Origin: an uncultured delta proteobacterium
GTDB lineage: Bacteria; Desulfobacterota; Binatia; Binatales; Binataceae
Direction of reading: 5' to 3'
NCBI GenBank assembly: GCA_963842085.1
Contig: CAWJET010000002.1
Coordinates: forward strand, 672,001-736,000
DNA length: 64,000 bases
How positions within the stretch are numbered: position 1 is the stretch's first letter; every line of letters begins with the position of its first letter. The notes beneath the pieces are model-generated. The model made no database searches and was not told where the DNA came from. It saw nothing but the letters and a program-made list of their open reading frames with translations. Shown here piece by piece: positions 1-10,800 of this stretch. Made by a program: the position numbers and the translations under genes.

Positions 1-438
1 GCTGATGCCGCGCGACTTCAAGTAGTCGCGCGCGAGCGCGCCGTCAGTCGTGTTCCACAGCACGTGCGCGAAGAATTCGGCCGCAACCTCGCTGGCTTTG
101 AGCATCGCTTCGCGCTCGCCGGCCGCCGGCCCGGATACATCGTGCTCGGGAATCGTAACGCCGTATTTTTTCGCGAGCGAACGCACCGCTTCGGGAAACG
201 TCAGGCCCTCGACACGCATGATGAAATTGAAAACGCTGCCGCCCGCGCCGCATCCAAAGCAATGAAAGAATCCGCGCTCGGCATTCACCGAGAACGACGG
301 TGTCTTCTCGTTATGAAACGGACACAGGCCGACGAAGTTGCGCCCCGCCCGGCGCAGGCGCACGTGCGCGCCGACAATCTCGACGATATCGACGCGCGAA
401 CGTACTTCCTCGATCTTGTCGTCGCCGAAGCGCCCCAT
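1..438 (-). CDS. dnaG: DNA primase, N-terminal part (runs off the window start)
   Basis: Not in the ORF track. Manual translation gives MGRFGDDKIEEVRSRVDIVEIVG...GLCPFHNEKTPSF...FHCFGCGAGG, the CHC2 zinc finger. The ATG overlaps the upstream stop (TGATG). Confidence 0.95.
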   Translation of the reverse strand, partial: MGRFGDDKIEEVRSRVDIVEIVGAHVRLRRAGRNFVGLCPFHNEKTPSFSVNAERGFFHCFGCGAGGSVFNFIMRVEGLTFPEAVRSLAKKYGVTIPEHDVSGPAAGEREAMLKASEVAAEFFAHVLWNTTDGALARDYLKSRGIS

Positions 439-1142
439 CAGCCGCCCATCACCGTCCGCAACCGCTCCGGATAGTTGGTCATGATACCGTCAACACCGCA
501 TTCGATGAGCGCGCGCATCCGCGCGTCCGCGTCCACCGTCCAGGTGTACACCTTGAAGCCGCGCTCGTGCGCCGCCTTGCACAGATCGGCGGTCACCATG
601 TCCCAGCGCGGATTGATTGCATGCGCGCGCATCGCAACCGCGTTCATCATCAGGTCAACCGGCTTCTCGTCGGCAAGCAGACCGACGCGAATATTGAAAT
701 GGAGCTGCTGGATTTTCTTCAGATATTCCCAATCGAAGCTCGACACGATGCTGTCGCCGAACGCGCTGCGCGCCTGCATGATCTGTGCGACCTGATGCTC
801 GAGACCGCCCGCCTTGAGCTCGATATTGAGCCCGCACTTGCCGCTGATGACGGCGAACACCTCGTCCAGCGTGGGAATTCGCTCGCCCTTGACCGCGCCG
901 CGCTTGAACTTCGCGCCCGCGTCCAGTCGCTTGAGCTCCTCGAGGGTCAGCTCCGCGACTTCACCCTTGCCGTCGGTGGTGCGCTCGACCGTCTCGTCAT
1001 GAATTACCACGACGGCCCCGTCGCGGCTGAGCTGCACGTCCAGTTCGCACATGTCCGCACCCGCGTTGATTGCGGCGCCAAACGCGCTCAGGGTGTTCTC
1101 GGGAAAAGTACCGCTCGCCCCGCGATGGGCTATGTTCAGCAC
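438..1142 (-). CDS. Glycerophosphodiester phosphodiesterase (GDPD/UgpQ family)
   Basis: IAHRGAS..PENTL, ELDVQ, IHD, NIELK, WTVD, GVDGIMTNYP motifs. Confidence 0.93.
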   Translation of the reverse strand: MLNIAHRGASGTFPENTLSAFGAAINAGADMCELDVQLSRDGAVVVIHDETVERTTDGKGEVAELTLEELKRLDAGAKFKRGAVKGERIPTLDEVFAVISGKCGLNIELKAGGLEHQVAQIMQARSAFGDSIVSSFDWEYLKKIQQLHFNIRVGLLADEKPVDLMMNAVAMRAHAINPRWDMVTADLCKAAHERGFKVYTWTVDADARMRALIECGVDGIMTNYPERLRTVMGG

Positions 1143-1283
1143 AGCCCGCCTCCGCCACTTTGGAACAATTGAAGTCTGATAATGATGCGAGTGTACGCGC
1201 TCATCGAGCGCAGGCGCAAACGCGGTGGCCTTAACTTGTGAACAACGATTCCGCGAAACAGGCCTCGAAAGAAATCTGCGCCG

Positions 1284-2258
1284 ATGCCAAAGTCAGGGGG
1301 GAGAAGTATGCAACCCGGATTGGCATCGAGACGAAGTTACACGAGGGCGATATTCCGGACTCACGCGCATCTAGCGGATGAAGCCGCGGGCATCCTAGTG
1401 GCCGGCGGCGCCATCGGATGCGCCGTCGCCGGGATGAAGCTGCCGCGCGCGCGCGCACAAAAGACTGTCGCGTTGGAAGCATACTTTGACCGGATCTCCG
1501 CGAAAGAGTTGGCGCGACTCAAGCTCATGATGGCGCAAGCCGGGATGCTCGCTGACGCCACACGAGACGGCGCGGCGGGTGACGGCGCTCGCGATGGCGG
1601 CCTGAGGAGAATCGTCGACCCCGGATGGTCGACGCTGTGGATGCGGCGGTTCGGGCCGTTTCGCGTCGGGCGGCGAATGCTGATCGTGCCGCCGTGGAAG
1701 CGCAAAAACGAGCGCGGGCGAACGACGATCGTGGTCCAACCCGCGCGCGCTTTCGGCACCGGACACCATCCCACCACGGCCGGCGCACTGCGCGCGATCG
1801 AATCTATCGTCGCCGCGCACGCGCCGAAATCGATTCTCGACGCAGGCACCGGCTCGGGAGTGTTGGCCATCGCGGCGGCGCTGCTCGGCAAGGGCGAGCG
1901 CGAAATAATCGCCATCGACATCGATCCGGCGGCGCTGGAAAATGCGCGTGCGAACGCGCGCCTGAACGGGGTGGAGAAATCAATCCGATTCTCGTCGGTC
2001 CCACTCGCATCGATTCATCGCCACTTCGATCTGATCTTGGCCAATATTCTGAGCCACACCTTGATCGAGCTCGCGCCGCATCTGAAGCAACTCGTCGCGC
2101 CCGGTGGACGATTGGTCCTTGGCGGCTTTCTCGCGGACGAGGCCGACGAAGTGCTGAGTCACTACAGGTCGCCGCTACGGCCGCGGCCGTACCGATGTCT
2201 CAGCCGCAAGACCCATCGCGGATGGACGACGCTCGTGATGGCGCGAGCGCCACGCTGA
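1284..2258 (+). CDS. prmA: Ribosomal protein L11 methyltransferase (true start may be ATG 1308)
   Basis: AFGTGHHPTT, LDAGTGSG SAM motif, DIDP, ANIL. Confidence 0.9.
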   Translation: MPKSGGRSMQPGLASRRSYTRAIFRTHAHLADEAAGILVAGGAIGCAVAGMKLPRARAQKTVALEAYFDRISAKELARLKLMMAQAGMLADATRDGAAGDGARDGGLRRIVDPGWSTLWMRRFGPFRVGRRMLIVPPWKRKNERGRTTIVVQPARAFGTGHHPTTAGALRAIESIVAAHAPKSILDAGTGSGVLAIAAALLGKGEREIIAIDIDPAALENARANARLNGVEKSIRFSSVPLASIHRHFDLILANILSHTLIELAPHLKQLVAPGGRLVLGGFLADEADEVLSHYRSPLRPRPYRCLSRKTHRGWTTLVMARAPR

Positions 2259-3019
2259 TGGGTGTTTCGTTGAGGCCGCGGTGTTTTTCTATCGTGCGCG
2301 CGCCGGATGCGACCGGTTTGGCACACGTCGAGGGCGCGGAGTTGCATCACATGCGCACGGTCTTGCGATTGGCGGTGGGCGTTCGCGTGTCGTTGCTCGA
2401 TCCCACGGGCTTCAAGCATCAGGGCGTAATCGAGCGCTACGAACGCGACCGCGCCGCGATTCGCATCGAATCATCGTCATCGTCGCATCCGCAAACTCGG
2501 ATCATCGTGGCCGCCGCAATCATAAAAGGCGCGCGAATGGACTTCATCATCGAAAAGGCCGCCGAGTTGGGCGTTTCCGAATTATGGCCGATCGTCTGTG
2601 CGCGCGGATTGGTCCGTTCGCCGGGCACGGAGCGGCTGGCGCGATGGCGCAGGCTCGCGCTCGCCGCGGCCAAGCAGAGCCAGTCCGCGGCCACAATGGA
2701 AGTGAGATCGCCGATCGGCGTTGATGACTTGATTCGCGGCGTGCCGCCGGTGACGCTCGCCGTAATCTGCGCGCAAGGCGGAGAGCCGCTCGGCGCCGTG
2801 ATTCGACGCGCGCATCCGCGTGGGATATTGATAGCGGTTGGACCGGAGGGCGATTTCGACGACGGCGAGCGCGCGAAGATTGCGAAGGCGGGATTCGTTG
2901 CGGCCGGACTCGGGCCGAATCGCCTCCGGAGCGAGACAGCGGCCCTGGCAGCGGTCGGCATAGCGGCAGGATTGCTTCACGATGGACAAGGGTCAGGCGA
3001 AGATGCCGAAACGGAATAA
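2258..3019 (+). CDS. rsmE: 16S rRNA m3U1498 methyltransferase
   Basis: HMRTVLR, EKAAELGV, AAKQS, VGPEGDF, LGPNRLRSETAA; ATG overlaps the prmA stop (TGATG). Confidence 0.92.
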   Translation: MGVSLRPRCFSIVRAPDATGLAHVEGAELHHMRTVLRLAVGVRVSLLDPTGFKHQGVIERYERDRAAIRIESSSSSHPQTRIIVAAAIIKGARMDFIIEKAAELGVSELWPIVCARGLVRSPGTERLARWRRLALAAAKQSQSAATMEVRSPIGVDDLIRGVPPVTLAVICAQGGEPLGAVIRRAHPRGILIAVGPEGDFDDGERAKIAKAGFVAAGLGPNRLRSETAALAAVGIAAGLLHDGQGSGEDAETE

Positions 3020-3983
3020 GACGGTGGCGCGCAAGTTCGCGTTTATCATGGACCCGCTCGAGCGGGTGCTGGTCGACAAAGACACGACGTTCGTGTTCAT
3101 GCTCGAGGCGCAATTGCGCGGCCATGCGCTTTATTTTCTCGGCATCCGCGACCTTTACGCGCGCGGGCCGCAAGCGATCGCGCGGGCGCGTCAATGCGAG
3201 GTGATGCGCGGGAATCCTCATTACCGGTTCCTCGACGAGGGCGCCGAGTATCCGCTCGAGACCTTCGATGCGGTCTTCATGCGCAAGGATCCGCCCGCCG
3301 ATGCAGCCTATCTCTACGCCACGATGTTGCTAAGCCTGGCCGACAGCCGCCGCACGTTCGTGCTCAACCATCCGGCGGGTCTGCGCGAGGCCAACGAAAA
3401 GCTCTACTCGCTGAATTTCCCCGACGCGATTCCGCCGACGCTCGTCACCTATGAGATTCCGCGCCTGAAGACGTTTCTCGACGAACAGGGCGGCGAGATG
3501 ATCGTGAAGCCGCTGGACGGTCACGGCGGCGAAGGCGTGTTTCTCGTCACCGCGAAGGACCGCAACCTGGGCGCGATTCTCGAGACGGTCACCCAATACG
3601 AGTCGCGCCTCATCATGGCCCAGCGCTACCTCGCCGCGGCTCGCAACGGCGACAAGCGGCTGATCGTGCTCAACGGCGAGCCGCTGGGATGCACGCTGCG
3701 GGTGCCGCGCGACGACGAGCATCGCGGCAACATCCACGTCGGCGGCACCTGCGTGAAGGCGCCCGTCACTGCGCGCGATCGCGAGATCTGCCGGATGCTG
3801 AAGCCGCGGCTGGAGCGCGACGGGCTGTACTTCGTCGGCCTCGACATCATCGGCGACTACCTGACCGAGGTGAACGTGACGAGTCCGACCGGCGTGCAGG
3901 AGATCGACCGGCTCGAGGGCGCAAACCTGGAAGCCAAGGTAATCGATTTCGTCGAGTCGCGAGTGGCCGGCCTCAAGCGATGA
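2982..3983 (+). CDS. gshB: Glutathione synthetase
   Basis: FIMDP, DTT, MRKDPP, ANEK, KPLDGHGG, GDKR, EVNVTSPTG; rsmE-gshB synteny. Confidence 0.95.
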   Translation: MDKGQAKMPKRNKTVARKFAFIMDPLERVLVDKDTTFVFMLEAQLRGHALYFLGIRDLYARGPQAIARARQCEVMRGNPHYRFLDEGAEYPLETFDAVFMRKDPPADAAYLYATMLLSLADSRRTFVLNHPAGLREANEKLYSLNFPDAIPPTLVTYEIPRLKTFLDEQGGEMIVKPLDGHGGEGVFLVTAKDRNLGAILETVTQYESRLIMAQRYLAAARNGDKRLIVLNGEPLGCTLRVPRDDEHRGNIHVGGTCVKAPVTARDREICRMLKPRLERDGLYFVGLDIIGDYLTEVNVTSPTGVQEIDRLEGANLEAKVIDFVESRVAGLKR

Positions 3984-4058
3984 AGGGGCCGTTGCACGGC
4001 GCGGCAATCATCGGTACCAATGAAAGTTCGCTTCACCGCGAACGCGTCCAATCACGGT

Positions 4059-4134
4059 GGGCAGGTAGCTCAGTCGGTAGAGCAAAGGACTGAAAATCCT
4101 TGTGTCGAGTGTTCGATTCACTCCCTGCCCACCA
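4059..4134 (+). tRNA. tRNA-Phe (GAA)
   Basis: 76-nt cloverleaf: acceptor GGGCAGG/CCTGCCC, anticodon stem AAGGA/TCCTT with loop CTGAAAA, T arm GAGTG-TTCGATT-CACTC, encoded CCA. Confidence 0.97.
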
Positions 4135-4206
4135 AAGACCGCAACCGAAGCCGAGGTTTGCTCGCTCGGAACGGCATCAGACGAGCGTCGGCCCGGCGAA
4201 CGGCGG

Positions 4207-4659
4207 TTACCGGCGCGGGGCGCGCCAGACCTCGGGCTTCTTGCCGGTCGTCATTTCGGCCAGCGAGGTCAGTTCGACGCGATCAGCCGTTATCAGCATC
4301 AGGCCGAAGTCCTTCGATTCGGGACCGCCGGGCCAGAACTGCGCGAGGTCGTAGTCAAAGACCTTGCCGCTCCAGATTCGCTTCTTCTCCGCCACGTCTT
4401 CGACAAACTTGGCCTTGCCGGTGACGGTCAGGTGAATCATCTCGGGCCCGATTTGGTAGAAGAGCTCGACCCTGGGATTTTTGTCGATGTGACGTGCCTT
4501 GGCCGAACCGCGTCCGGTCGCGACCCACACGCGCTCACCCTCGAACGCCGGATGCACGACGCGGACCTTGGGCTGGGTTCCGTCGGCGGTCGCGAGATAT
4601 GCCCAGGTCGCCTTTGCGGCGGCCGCGTGAGCCTTGTCCCAGAATGTTGGATCGCTCAT
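4207..4659 (-). CDS. Pyridoxamine 5'-phosphate oxidase-like flavin split-barrel protein
   Basis: YLATADGTQPKVRVV..WVAT..SAK..IDKNPRVEL; GGAGG upstream of ATG 4659. Confidence 0.8.
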   Translation of the reverse strand: MSDPTFWDKAHAAAAKATWAYLATADGTQPKVRVVHPAFEGERVWVATGRGSAKARHIDKNPRVELFYQIGPEMIHLTVTGKAKFVEDVAEKKRIWSGKVFDYDLAQFWPGGPESKDFGLMLITADRVELTSLAEMTTGKKPEVWRAPRR

Positions 4660-4703
4660 CTGAATGCCTCCCGAACGTATTCCGTAACACGCCCGCGATT
4701 GGT

Positions 4704-4741
4704 TTGACACTGCGCGGCATCCCGAACTACGGTTAGAGTTC
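4704..4741 (+). promoter_or_regulatory. Putative sigma70 promoter of the tetR operon with an overlapping inverted repeat
   Basis: TTGACA (4704-4709), 18 nt, TACGGT (4728-4733); GAACT-N8-AGTTC at 4724-4741. Confidence 0.5.
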
Positions 4742-4757
4742 CGCACGGAGAAGCGCG

Positions 4758-5426
4758 ATGGAACGCCACGCCCGACGCGCGCAAGTGTTGCGCCATGCCA
4801 AGCGCATCTTTGCCCGCAAGGGATATCACAGGACCAATGTCGCGGACATCATTGCCCGCGCCCGCATCGCGCGCGGCACCTTCTATCTTTATTTCCAGAA
4901 CAAGAAGGACCTGTTCGAGGAATTGCTCGAGCAGGTGGTCACCGAGCTGACGCAGAGGATTCAGCGGCTGCGCGTCGGACCGGGCCAGGACGACCCGGTC
5001 GATCAATTGCGCGCGAACCTGACGCGAGTGCTCAACTACGTGCTGGCTGAGCGCGAGCTGACCGACATCCTGCTGAACCATTCGACCGGATTCGATCACG
5101 AGCTCGACGACAAGATCCAGAACTTTTACGATCGGATCGCGGCCCTCATTAAACGCTCGCTCGATCTGGGAATCGAGATGAACCTGGTGCGCGCCGCGGA
5201 TACGCGCGCGGTGTCGTACGCGATCCTGGGCGGAATCAAGGAAGTGATCGGGATGCTCTCGCGCAGCAACGACGTGGAGATCTCGGCGCTGGTCGAGGAG
5301 ATACTGCAGTTCGGGCTGAGCGGCGTCGCGCGTCCCGAGTTGTTGAGATTCGTGCGCACGCAAGGCGAAGACGGGCGCGAGCCGCTTCCGGGCAACGGCT
5401 CTTTTTTTGGGCCCAAACTAGACTGA
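4758..5426 (+). CDS. TetR/AcrR family transcriptional regulator
   Basis: FARKGYHRTNVADIIARARIARGTFYLYFQNK helix-turn-helix. Confidence 0.93.
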   Translation: MERHARRAQVLRHAKRIFARKGYHRTNVADIIARARIARGTFYLYFQNKKDLFEELLEQVVTELTQRIQRLRVGPGQDDPVDQLRANLTRVLNYVLAERELTDILLNHSTGFDHELDDKIQNFYDRIAALIKRSLDLGIEMNLVRAADTRAVSYAILGGIKEVIGMLSRSNDVEISALVEEILQFGLSGVARPELLRFVRTQGEDGREPLPGNGSFFGPKLD

Positions 5427-5427
5427 C

Positions 5428-6240
5428 ATGTCAGTTTACGCGCATAAGAAACCGCCCAGGTCACACGCGCCCAGGACCGTCAAGCGCCGTGCCGCCTTTT
5501 ACGATCTGGACGGCACGCTGGTCGATCTGAACCTGGTGCATGCCGCGATTTTCACGCTCGCCAACGTCGGTGAATGGACCGGACGTGCTTCGTACCTGCT
5601 CGGATTCGCCGCGCGAATCCCGCGCTTGTACGTTGCCGAACAGCGCGACCGCCGACTGCTGAATACGGTGCTGTTCGAGGCGTTCAAAGGTATCTCGCGC
5701 GACCGGCTGTCTTCGCTGGGCGAGGAATATTGCGAGCGCATCCTCATAGGGCATCTGTTTCCGCGCGCGCTGGAATTGATCGCGGCGAATCGCGCGGCCG
5801 GAATCGAGCCGGTGCTGGTGACGGGTTCGCCGGACTTCATCGTGGCGCCCCTGGCGCGTCACCTGGGGATCGCCGACTTCGCCGCGAACCGATTTGTCTT
5901 CAGCCGCGGCCGCGCGACCGGCCGGCTGGCCGAACCGGTTATGGCGGGCGACGAGAAAGCGGTCTGGTGCGAGGACTACGCTGCCGCGCACGACATCGAC
6001 CTGGCGGATTGCTGGGCTTACGCCGACTCGCACTACGACACCGCGTTTTTGGCCGCGGCCGGGCATCCCGTGGCCGTCAACCCCGACCGCAGATTGCGCG
6101 CGGCCGCGCTCAGCCGGCAATGGCCGGTGCTCCACTTCGAGACGGCAGCGTCTTCGGAGCGGGCCTACGATTTCGACAACGACCTGGACCCCAACCACGA
6201 CGGCGAACGATCGACGCGAGGCTCGAATGGCGCGCCCTGA
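5428..6240 (+). CDS. HAD-IB (SerB-like) phosphatase
   Basis: Motif I FYDLDGT, motif II VTGS, motif III K, motif IV YADSHYD, PVAVNPD. Confidence 0.9.
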   Translation: MSVYAHKKPPRSHAPRTVKRRAAFYDLDGTLVDLNLVHAAIFTLANVGEWTGRASYLLGFAARIPRLYVAEQRDRRLLNTVLFEAFKGISRDRLSSLGEEYCERILIGHLFPRALELIAANRAAGIEPVLVTGSPDFIVAPLARHLGIADFAANRFVFSRGRATGRLAEPVMAGDEKAVWCEDYAAAHDIDLADCWAYADSHYDTAFLAAAGHPVAVNPDRRLRAAALSRQWPVLHFETAASSERAYDFDNDLDPNHDGERSTRGSNGAP

Positions 6241-7867
6241 AGCAAAGCTCAAGGAACTGAAAACTGCCGAGCTGCGGCACGAGGTCGGCGCGCGAAGCGA
6301 GCTGGTCGTCAAGGTGAATCGGCGCTCGGAGCGCCGCGTCATCCCGTACGGCGAGGAATTTCTGTTCGAGAAACTGCCGGTCTGCACGCGCGTGATCTAT
6401 CCGCCGCCGCCGCTCGATCCTCTCGCCGACCCTGACCAGGCGATTCGCTACGCGCTGTTGCATCCGGAGAACCAGGATCCGTTGTTCGCGCAGCTCAGTC
6501 CCAACATGCGCGTAACGATCGCGATCGACGACATCAGCCTGCCGCTGCCGCAGATGCGCCGGCCCGATATCCGCGAGCGGCTGTTGAACCAGGTGTTGCA
6601 GACGCTCGCCGATTACGGGGTTGACGACGTTCACCTGGTGATCGCGACGTCGCTGCATCGGCGGATGACCGAGGCGGAGATTCGCCGCGTCGTGGGCGAG
6701 CGCGCGTTCAAGCAGTACTGGCCGGACCGGCTGTACAACTTTGACGCGGAAAATCGCGCCGAGCTTTCGATGCTCGGCAAGACGGAGAATGGCGAAGAAG
6801 TGTGGCTGTCGCGGCGCGCGGCGGAGTCGGACCTGCTCATCTATTTGAACATCAACCTGGTGCCGATGGACGGCGGGCACAAGTCGGTCGCGGTCGGACT
6901 CGCGCCCTACCAGAGCCTGCGGCATCACCACAACGTCTCGACGTTGCGCGATTCGCATTCGTACATGGACCCGACACGGTCGGCGTTGCATCGCTCGTCG
7001 GACCGGATGGGCAAGCTGATTCACCAGTCGCTCAACATTTTTCAAGTCGAAACGGCGGTGAATACGCGGATGTACGGCGGGATGCTCGACTTCCTGCACA
7101 AGAACGAGGACCGCTTCACCGACTGGGATCGCACGCGTCTGAAAGGCTTTCAGTGGACGATGCGCAACATGTCCAATGAGATGCGGCGCACCGTGCTGCA
7201 CAACTACGCGGCCCCGTACGGAATGATCGGCGTGTGGGCGGGCGATACCGAGGCGGTGCATCGCAACGCGCTTGCACGCGTGTTCCAGCAATACGCGGTG
7301 CCGGTGAAGGGCCAGGCGGACATTCTAATTGTCGGCGTGCCGTACATCTGTCCATACAACGTGAACTCGATCATGAATCCTGTGCTCGTGCAGTGCACCG
7401 GGCTGGGCTACCTGTTCAACATGTATCGGAACAAGCCGCTGGTGCGCGAAGGCGGCACGATGATCGTCTGTCATCCGCTGCGCGACGAATTTCATCCCGA
7501 GCATCATCCGAGTTACATCGAGTTTTTCCATCGATGCCTGGCGGAGACGACCGATGCGGTTGAGCTCGAGAAAACTTTCGAGCGCGAGTTCGCGCGCAAC
7601 CCGACGTACATTCATATGTACCGCTACGGCAACGCGTACCACGGCGTGCATCCGTTCTACATGTGGTACTGGGGTGAGCCGGCGCGGCAGCACGTCGGGC
7701 GCGTGATCGCGGCGGGATGCGAAGAGCCGGACGTCGCGGCGCGCCTTGGATGGGAAGCGGCGGACACGCTCGACGAGGCGATCGCGATGGCGACGTCGGA
7801 GCTGGGGCGCTCGGCCTCCATAACCTACCTGCACCTGCCGCCGCTGGTGATCGCGGATGTCGAGTAG
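6227..7867 (+). CDS. Lactate racemase (LarA/DUF2088) fold protein
   Basis: [28 protein letters not shown]; ATG 6227 overlaps the end of the HAD gene. Confidence 0.8.
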   Translation: MARPEAKLKELKTAELRHEVGARSELVVKVNRRSERRVIPYGEEFLFEKLPVCTRVIYPPPPLDPLADPDQAIRYALLHPENQDPLFAQLSPNMRVTIAIDDISLPLPQMRRPDIRERLLNQVLQTLADYGVDDVHLVIATSLHRRMTEAEIRRVVGERAFKQYWPDRLYNFDAENRAELSMLGKTENGEEVWLSRRAAESDLLIYLNINLVPMDGGHKSVAVGLAPYQSLRHHHNVSTLRDSHSYMDPTRSALHRSSDRMGKLIHQSLNIFQVETAVNTRMYGGMLDFLHKNEDRFTDWDRTRLKGFQWTMRNMSNEMRRTVLHNYAAPYGMIGVWAGDTEAVHRNALARVFQQYAVPVKGQADILIVGVPYICPYNVNSIMNPVLVQCTGLGYLFNMYRNKPLVREGGTMIVCHPLRDEFHPEHHPSYIEFFHRCLAETTDAVELEKTFEREFARNPTYIHMYRYGNAYHGVHPFYMWYWGEPARQHVGRVIAAGCEEPDVAARLGWEAADTLDEAIAMATSELGRSASITYLHLPPLVIADVE

Positions 7868-10800
7868 CAACGGCAAACGCAACGGGGCCGCGGCGCGCGG
7901 CGGGTCGTCGATGCCGGCGCTCGAACAGGTGCTGCGCGGGCGTCGTATCCTGTTGACGGGCGCGACCGGATTTCTCGGCAAGGTGTTTCTCGCGCTCCTG
8001 CTGCGATGGCATCCTGAGATCGAGCGCGTGTATCTGCTGATTCGCGGCGATCGGCGCAGCAGCGTCGGCCGCTTTCGCCGCGAGATTCTCGACTCGCCGG
8101 TGTTTGCGCCCCTGCGCGAACATCTCGGCGATAAGTTCGATCGCTACATCGATGAAAAAATCGTCGTCGTTCCCGGCGACATCACCAACGACGGCCTGCT
8201 CGGCGAAGAAGCAAAGCCGTTCAAGCCCGGCAGCCTCGACGCGGTCGTGCATAGCGCGGGGCTGGTGAACTTCGAGGCATCGCTGGAAAAGGCGATCGAG
8301 GTCAACACGACGGGCGTCGCCAACGTGATCGAGTTCTGCCGCAAGCTCGGCGCCGCGATGATGCACGTATCGACCTGCTACGTCGCGGGCAGCGCCGACG
8401 GGCATCGCTACGAAGACGACATCCCCGACGACTGGTGCCCCAACGGGCGCAAGTCGTTCAGGCTGGAGCGGGAGATTCGCGACGCGTTGGCGGCTATCCA
8501 GCGCGTGCAGTCCGAGTCGCGCGATCAGTTGCGTCACGCGGAGTTTCGCGGCGACGAGGACGACGCCGGTAGCTCTCGCGAGTCGGCCGTCGAGCACCGG
8601 CGCAAGCAGTGGGTCGAGGAACGCCTCAAGTACGTCGGCCGGGTACGCGCGCAGAGTTGGGGATGGCCCAACACGTACAGCTATACCAAGAGTCTCGGCG
8701 AACAGTTGATGCTCGCGAATCGCGACACGCTCGACGTCACGGTCGTGCGTCCGGCGGTGATCGAAAGCGCGCTGCGCGATCCGTTCCCCGGCTGGAACCA
8801 GGGCGTCAACACCAGCGCGCCCCTGACTTATCTCGCCGGCCGCGGCTACCGATTTTATCCCGCCAAGGCGGAGTTGGTGCTCGACGTGATCCCGGTCGAT
8901 CTCGCGGCGCACGCGATGATTCCGATCCTCGCCGCGCTGCTATCGCGCAAGCACAAGCCCATCTACCAGCTTTGCACATCGGATCGGAATCCGCTGCCGA
9001 TGCGCCGGCTGGTCGAGCTAACCGCGCTCAGCAATCGCCGCGAGCATCGCAAGGACGGCGGCACGATGCGCTGGCTGGGGCCCCATCTGGAAGCCGTCGT
9101 CGTGTCGCAGAGCACTTACGACCTCGCGAGCAGCACCGTTCCGAAAATACTCAAGCAAGCGGCGGCGTTCGCGCGGAGCGTGGTGGGCGACGAGAATCGG
9201 CGAGCGAAAAACATTGAGAGCGCGATTGACAAGTTCAAGGAAAACACCGACCTCGCGCGCGAGTTGGTCGAGGTCTATCGTCCCTACATCCAGGAGCTCG
9301 TTTATACTTTTCACGCGAGCAACATTCGCGCGCTTTACGCGTCGCTCGAGCCGGTTGACGCCGAGCGCCATCCGTTTCGTCCCGATCTGATCGATTGGCG
9401 CGACTACTGGATCAACATTCATCTGCCGGGCCTGCGCCGCCATATTTTTCCGCAGCTCGATCTCCACGCCCGCGGCAGGCCCAAGTCGCTGCCCCGTCAT
9501 CGCACTCTCGTCGATATGCTCGATCGCGCCGCCGACCGCTACGGTTCCCGACCCGCGATGGTTGCGCGGCGGCCGTCCGGCGAGCAGACGCTGACCACCT
9601 ATCGCGAGCTGCGCGACCGGGTGCATCGGGCAGCTCTCCTGCTCGCGACGCGCGGAATCAAGCCCGGCGATCGCGTGCTTCTGATCGGCGACAACTCGCC
9701 CGACTGGGTGCTCGGCTATTTCGCGATCCTGTGCGCAGGCGCGATCGCCGTGCCGCTGGACCAGCTGATTTCCGCCGAGGAGCTGGCGCCGATCTGCAAG
9801 ATCGCCGAGCCGGCCGCGGCGCTGCGGTCAAGCGCAGTTCATAAGCGCCTCGGCTCCGCGCTTGGCGACGCTCATCCCAAGCTCATCGAGCTCGATCTCG
9901 CCGAGCTCGCGCGGCCGTTCATTCTGCGTGGCGATGCGAAGACGCCGCCGGCGCCGCCGGAGCGAAAAGCGCTGGCGTCGATCCTGTTCACCTCCGGCAG
10001 CACCGGCGCGCCCAAGGGCGTGATGCTGACGCACGGCAACTTCGCCGCTGAAGTGGCGATGTTGTCGCGCGTCTTTGTTCTCGGCGCCGACGATGTGGTG
10101 CTGTCGCTGCTGCCATTGCATCATGCATTCGAGTTCACCTGCGGGATGCTGTTGCCGCTCGCCAGCGGCGCCACCATCGTCTATCCGCTAGAGGTCGATG
10201 CGAAGACGCTCTCGCGCACGCTCGCTGACGTGCGCCCGACCGCGCTGATAGGAGTGCCCGCGGTGTGGGAGGCGGTCCATCGGCGCATCGTCGATCAAGT
10301 CGAGGCGCGCGGTCCCTTCTTTCACGCGGCCTTCGACAATCTGCGCGATCTGAATCGCCGTCTGGACGCGAAATCCGGCCTTAACTTCGGCGCTATAGTT
10401 TTCCGCCAGGTTCATTCCGGCTTGGGTGGACGCCTGCGGCTCGCCGTGAGCGGCGGTTCTGCCCTGCCCCATCGCGTCGCGGAGTTTTTCAATGACATCG
10501 GAATTCCGTTGCTCGAAGGTTACGGGTTGACCGAAGCGGCTCCCGTTTTATCCGTTGCGCGGCCTGACGAACCGCTGCAAGTCGGCGCGGTGGGACGGCC
10601 GCTGAACGGCGTCGAGCTCAAGCTGATGCCCGCAACTGGCTCGATCGGCGAGATAGTCGCGCACGGGCCGAACGTGATGGCAGGTTACTATCGCAACGAA
10701 GCCGCAACCGCCGAAGTGTTGATCGACGGGTGGCTTCACACGGGAGACCTCGGGCGCCTCGACGACGACGGCCGCCTGTACATCGTCGGGCGCGCCAAGG

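Noticed and set aside
1625-2257. ORF-track N-terminal extensions (rsmE here; also the LarA-like gene from 5894, lhr to 51717, ilvB to 30442, the lipoprotein from 36491)
   Set aside because: They overlap real genes or promoters; homology and coupling point to downstream starts
7416-8912. Long antisense and alternate-frame ORFs here and throughout the window
   Set aside because: Shadow ORFs expected at high GC; Arg/Ala/Pro-rich with no motifs
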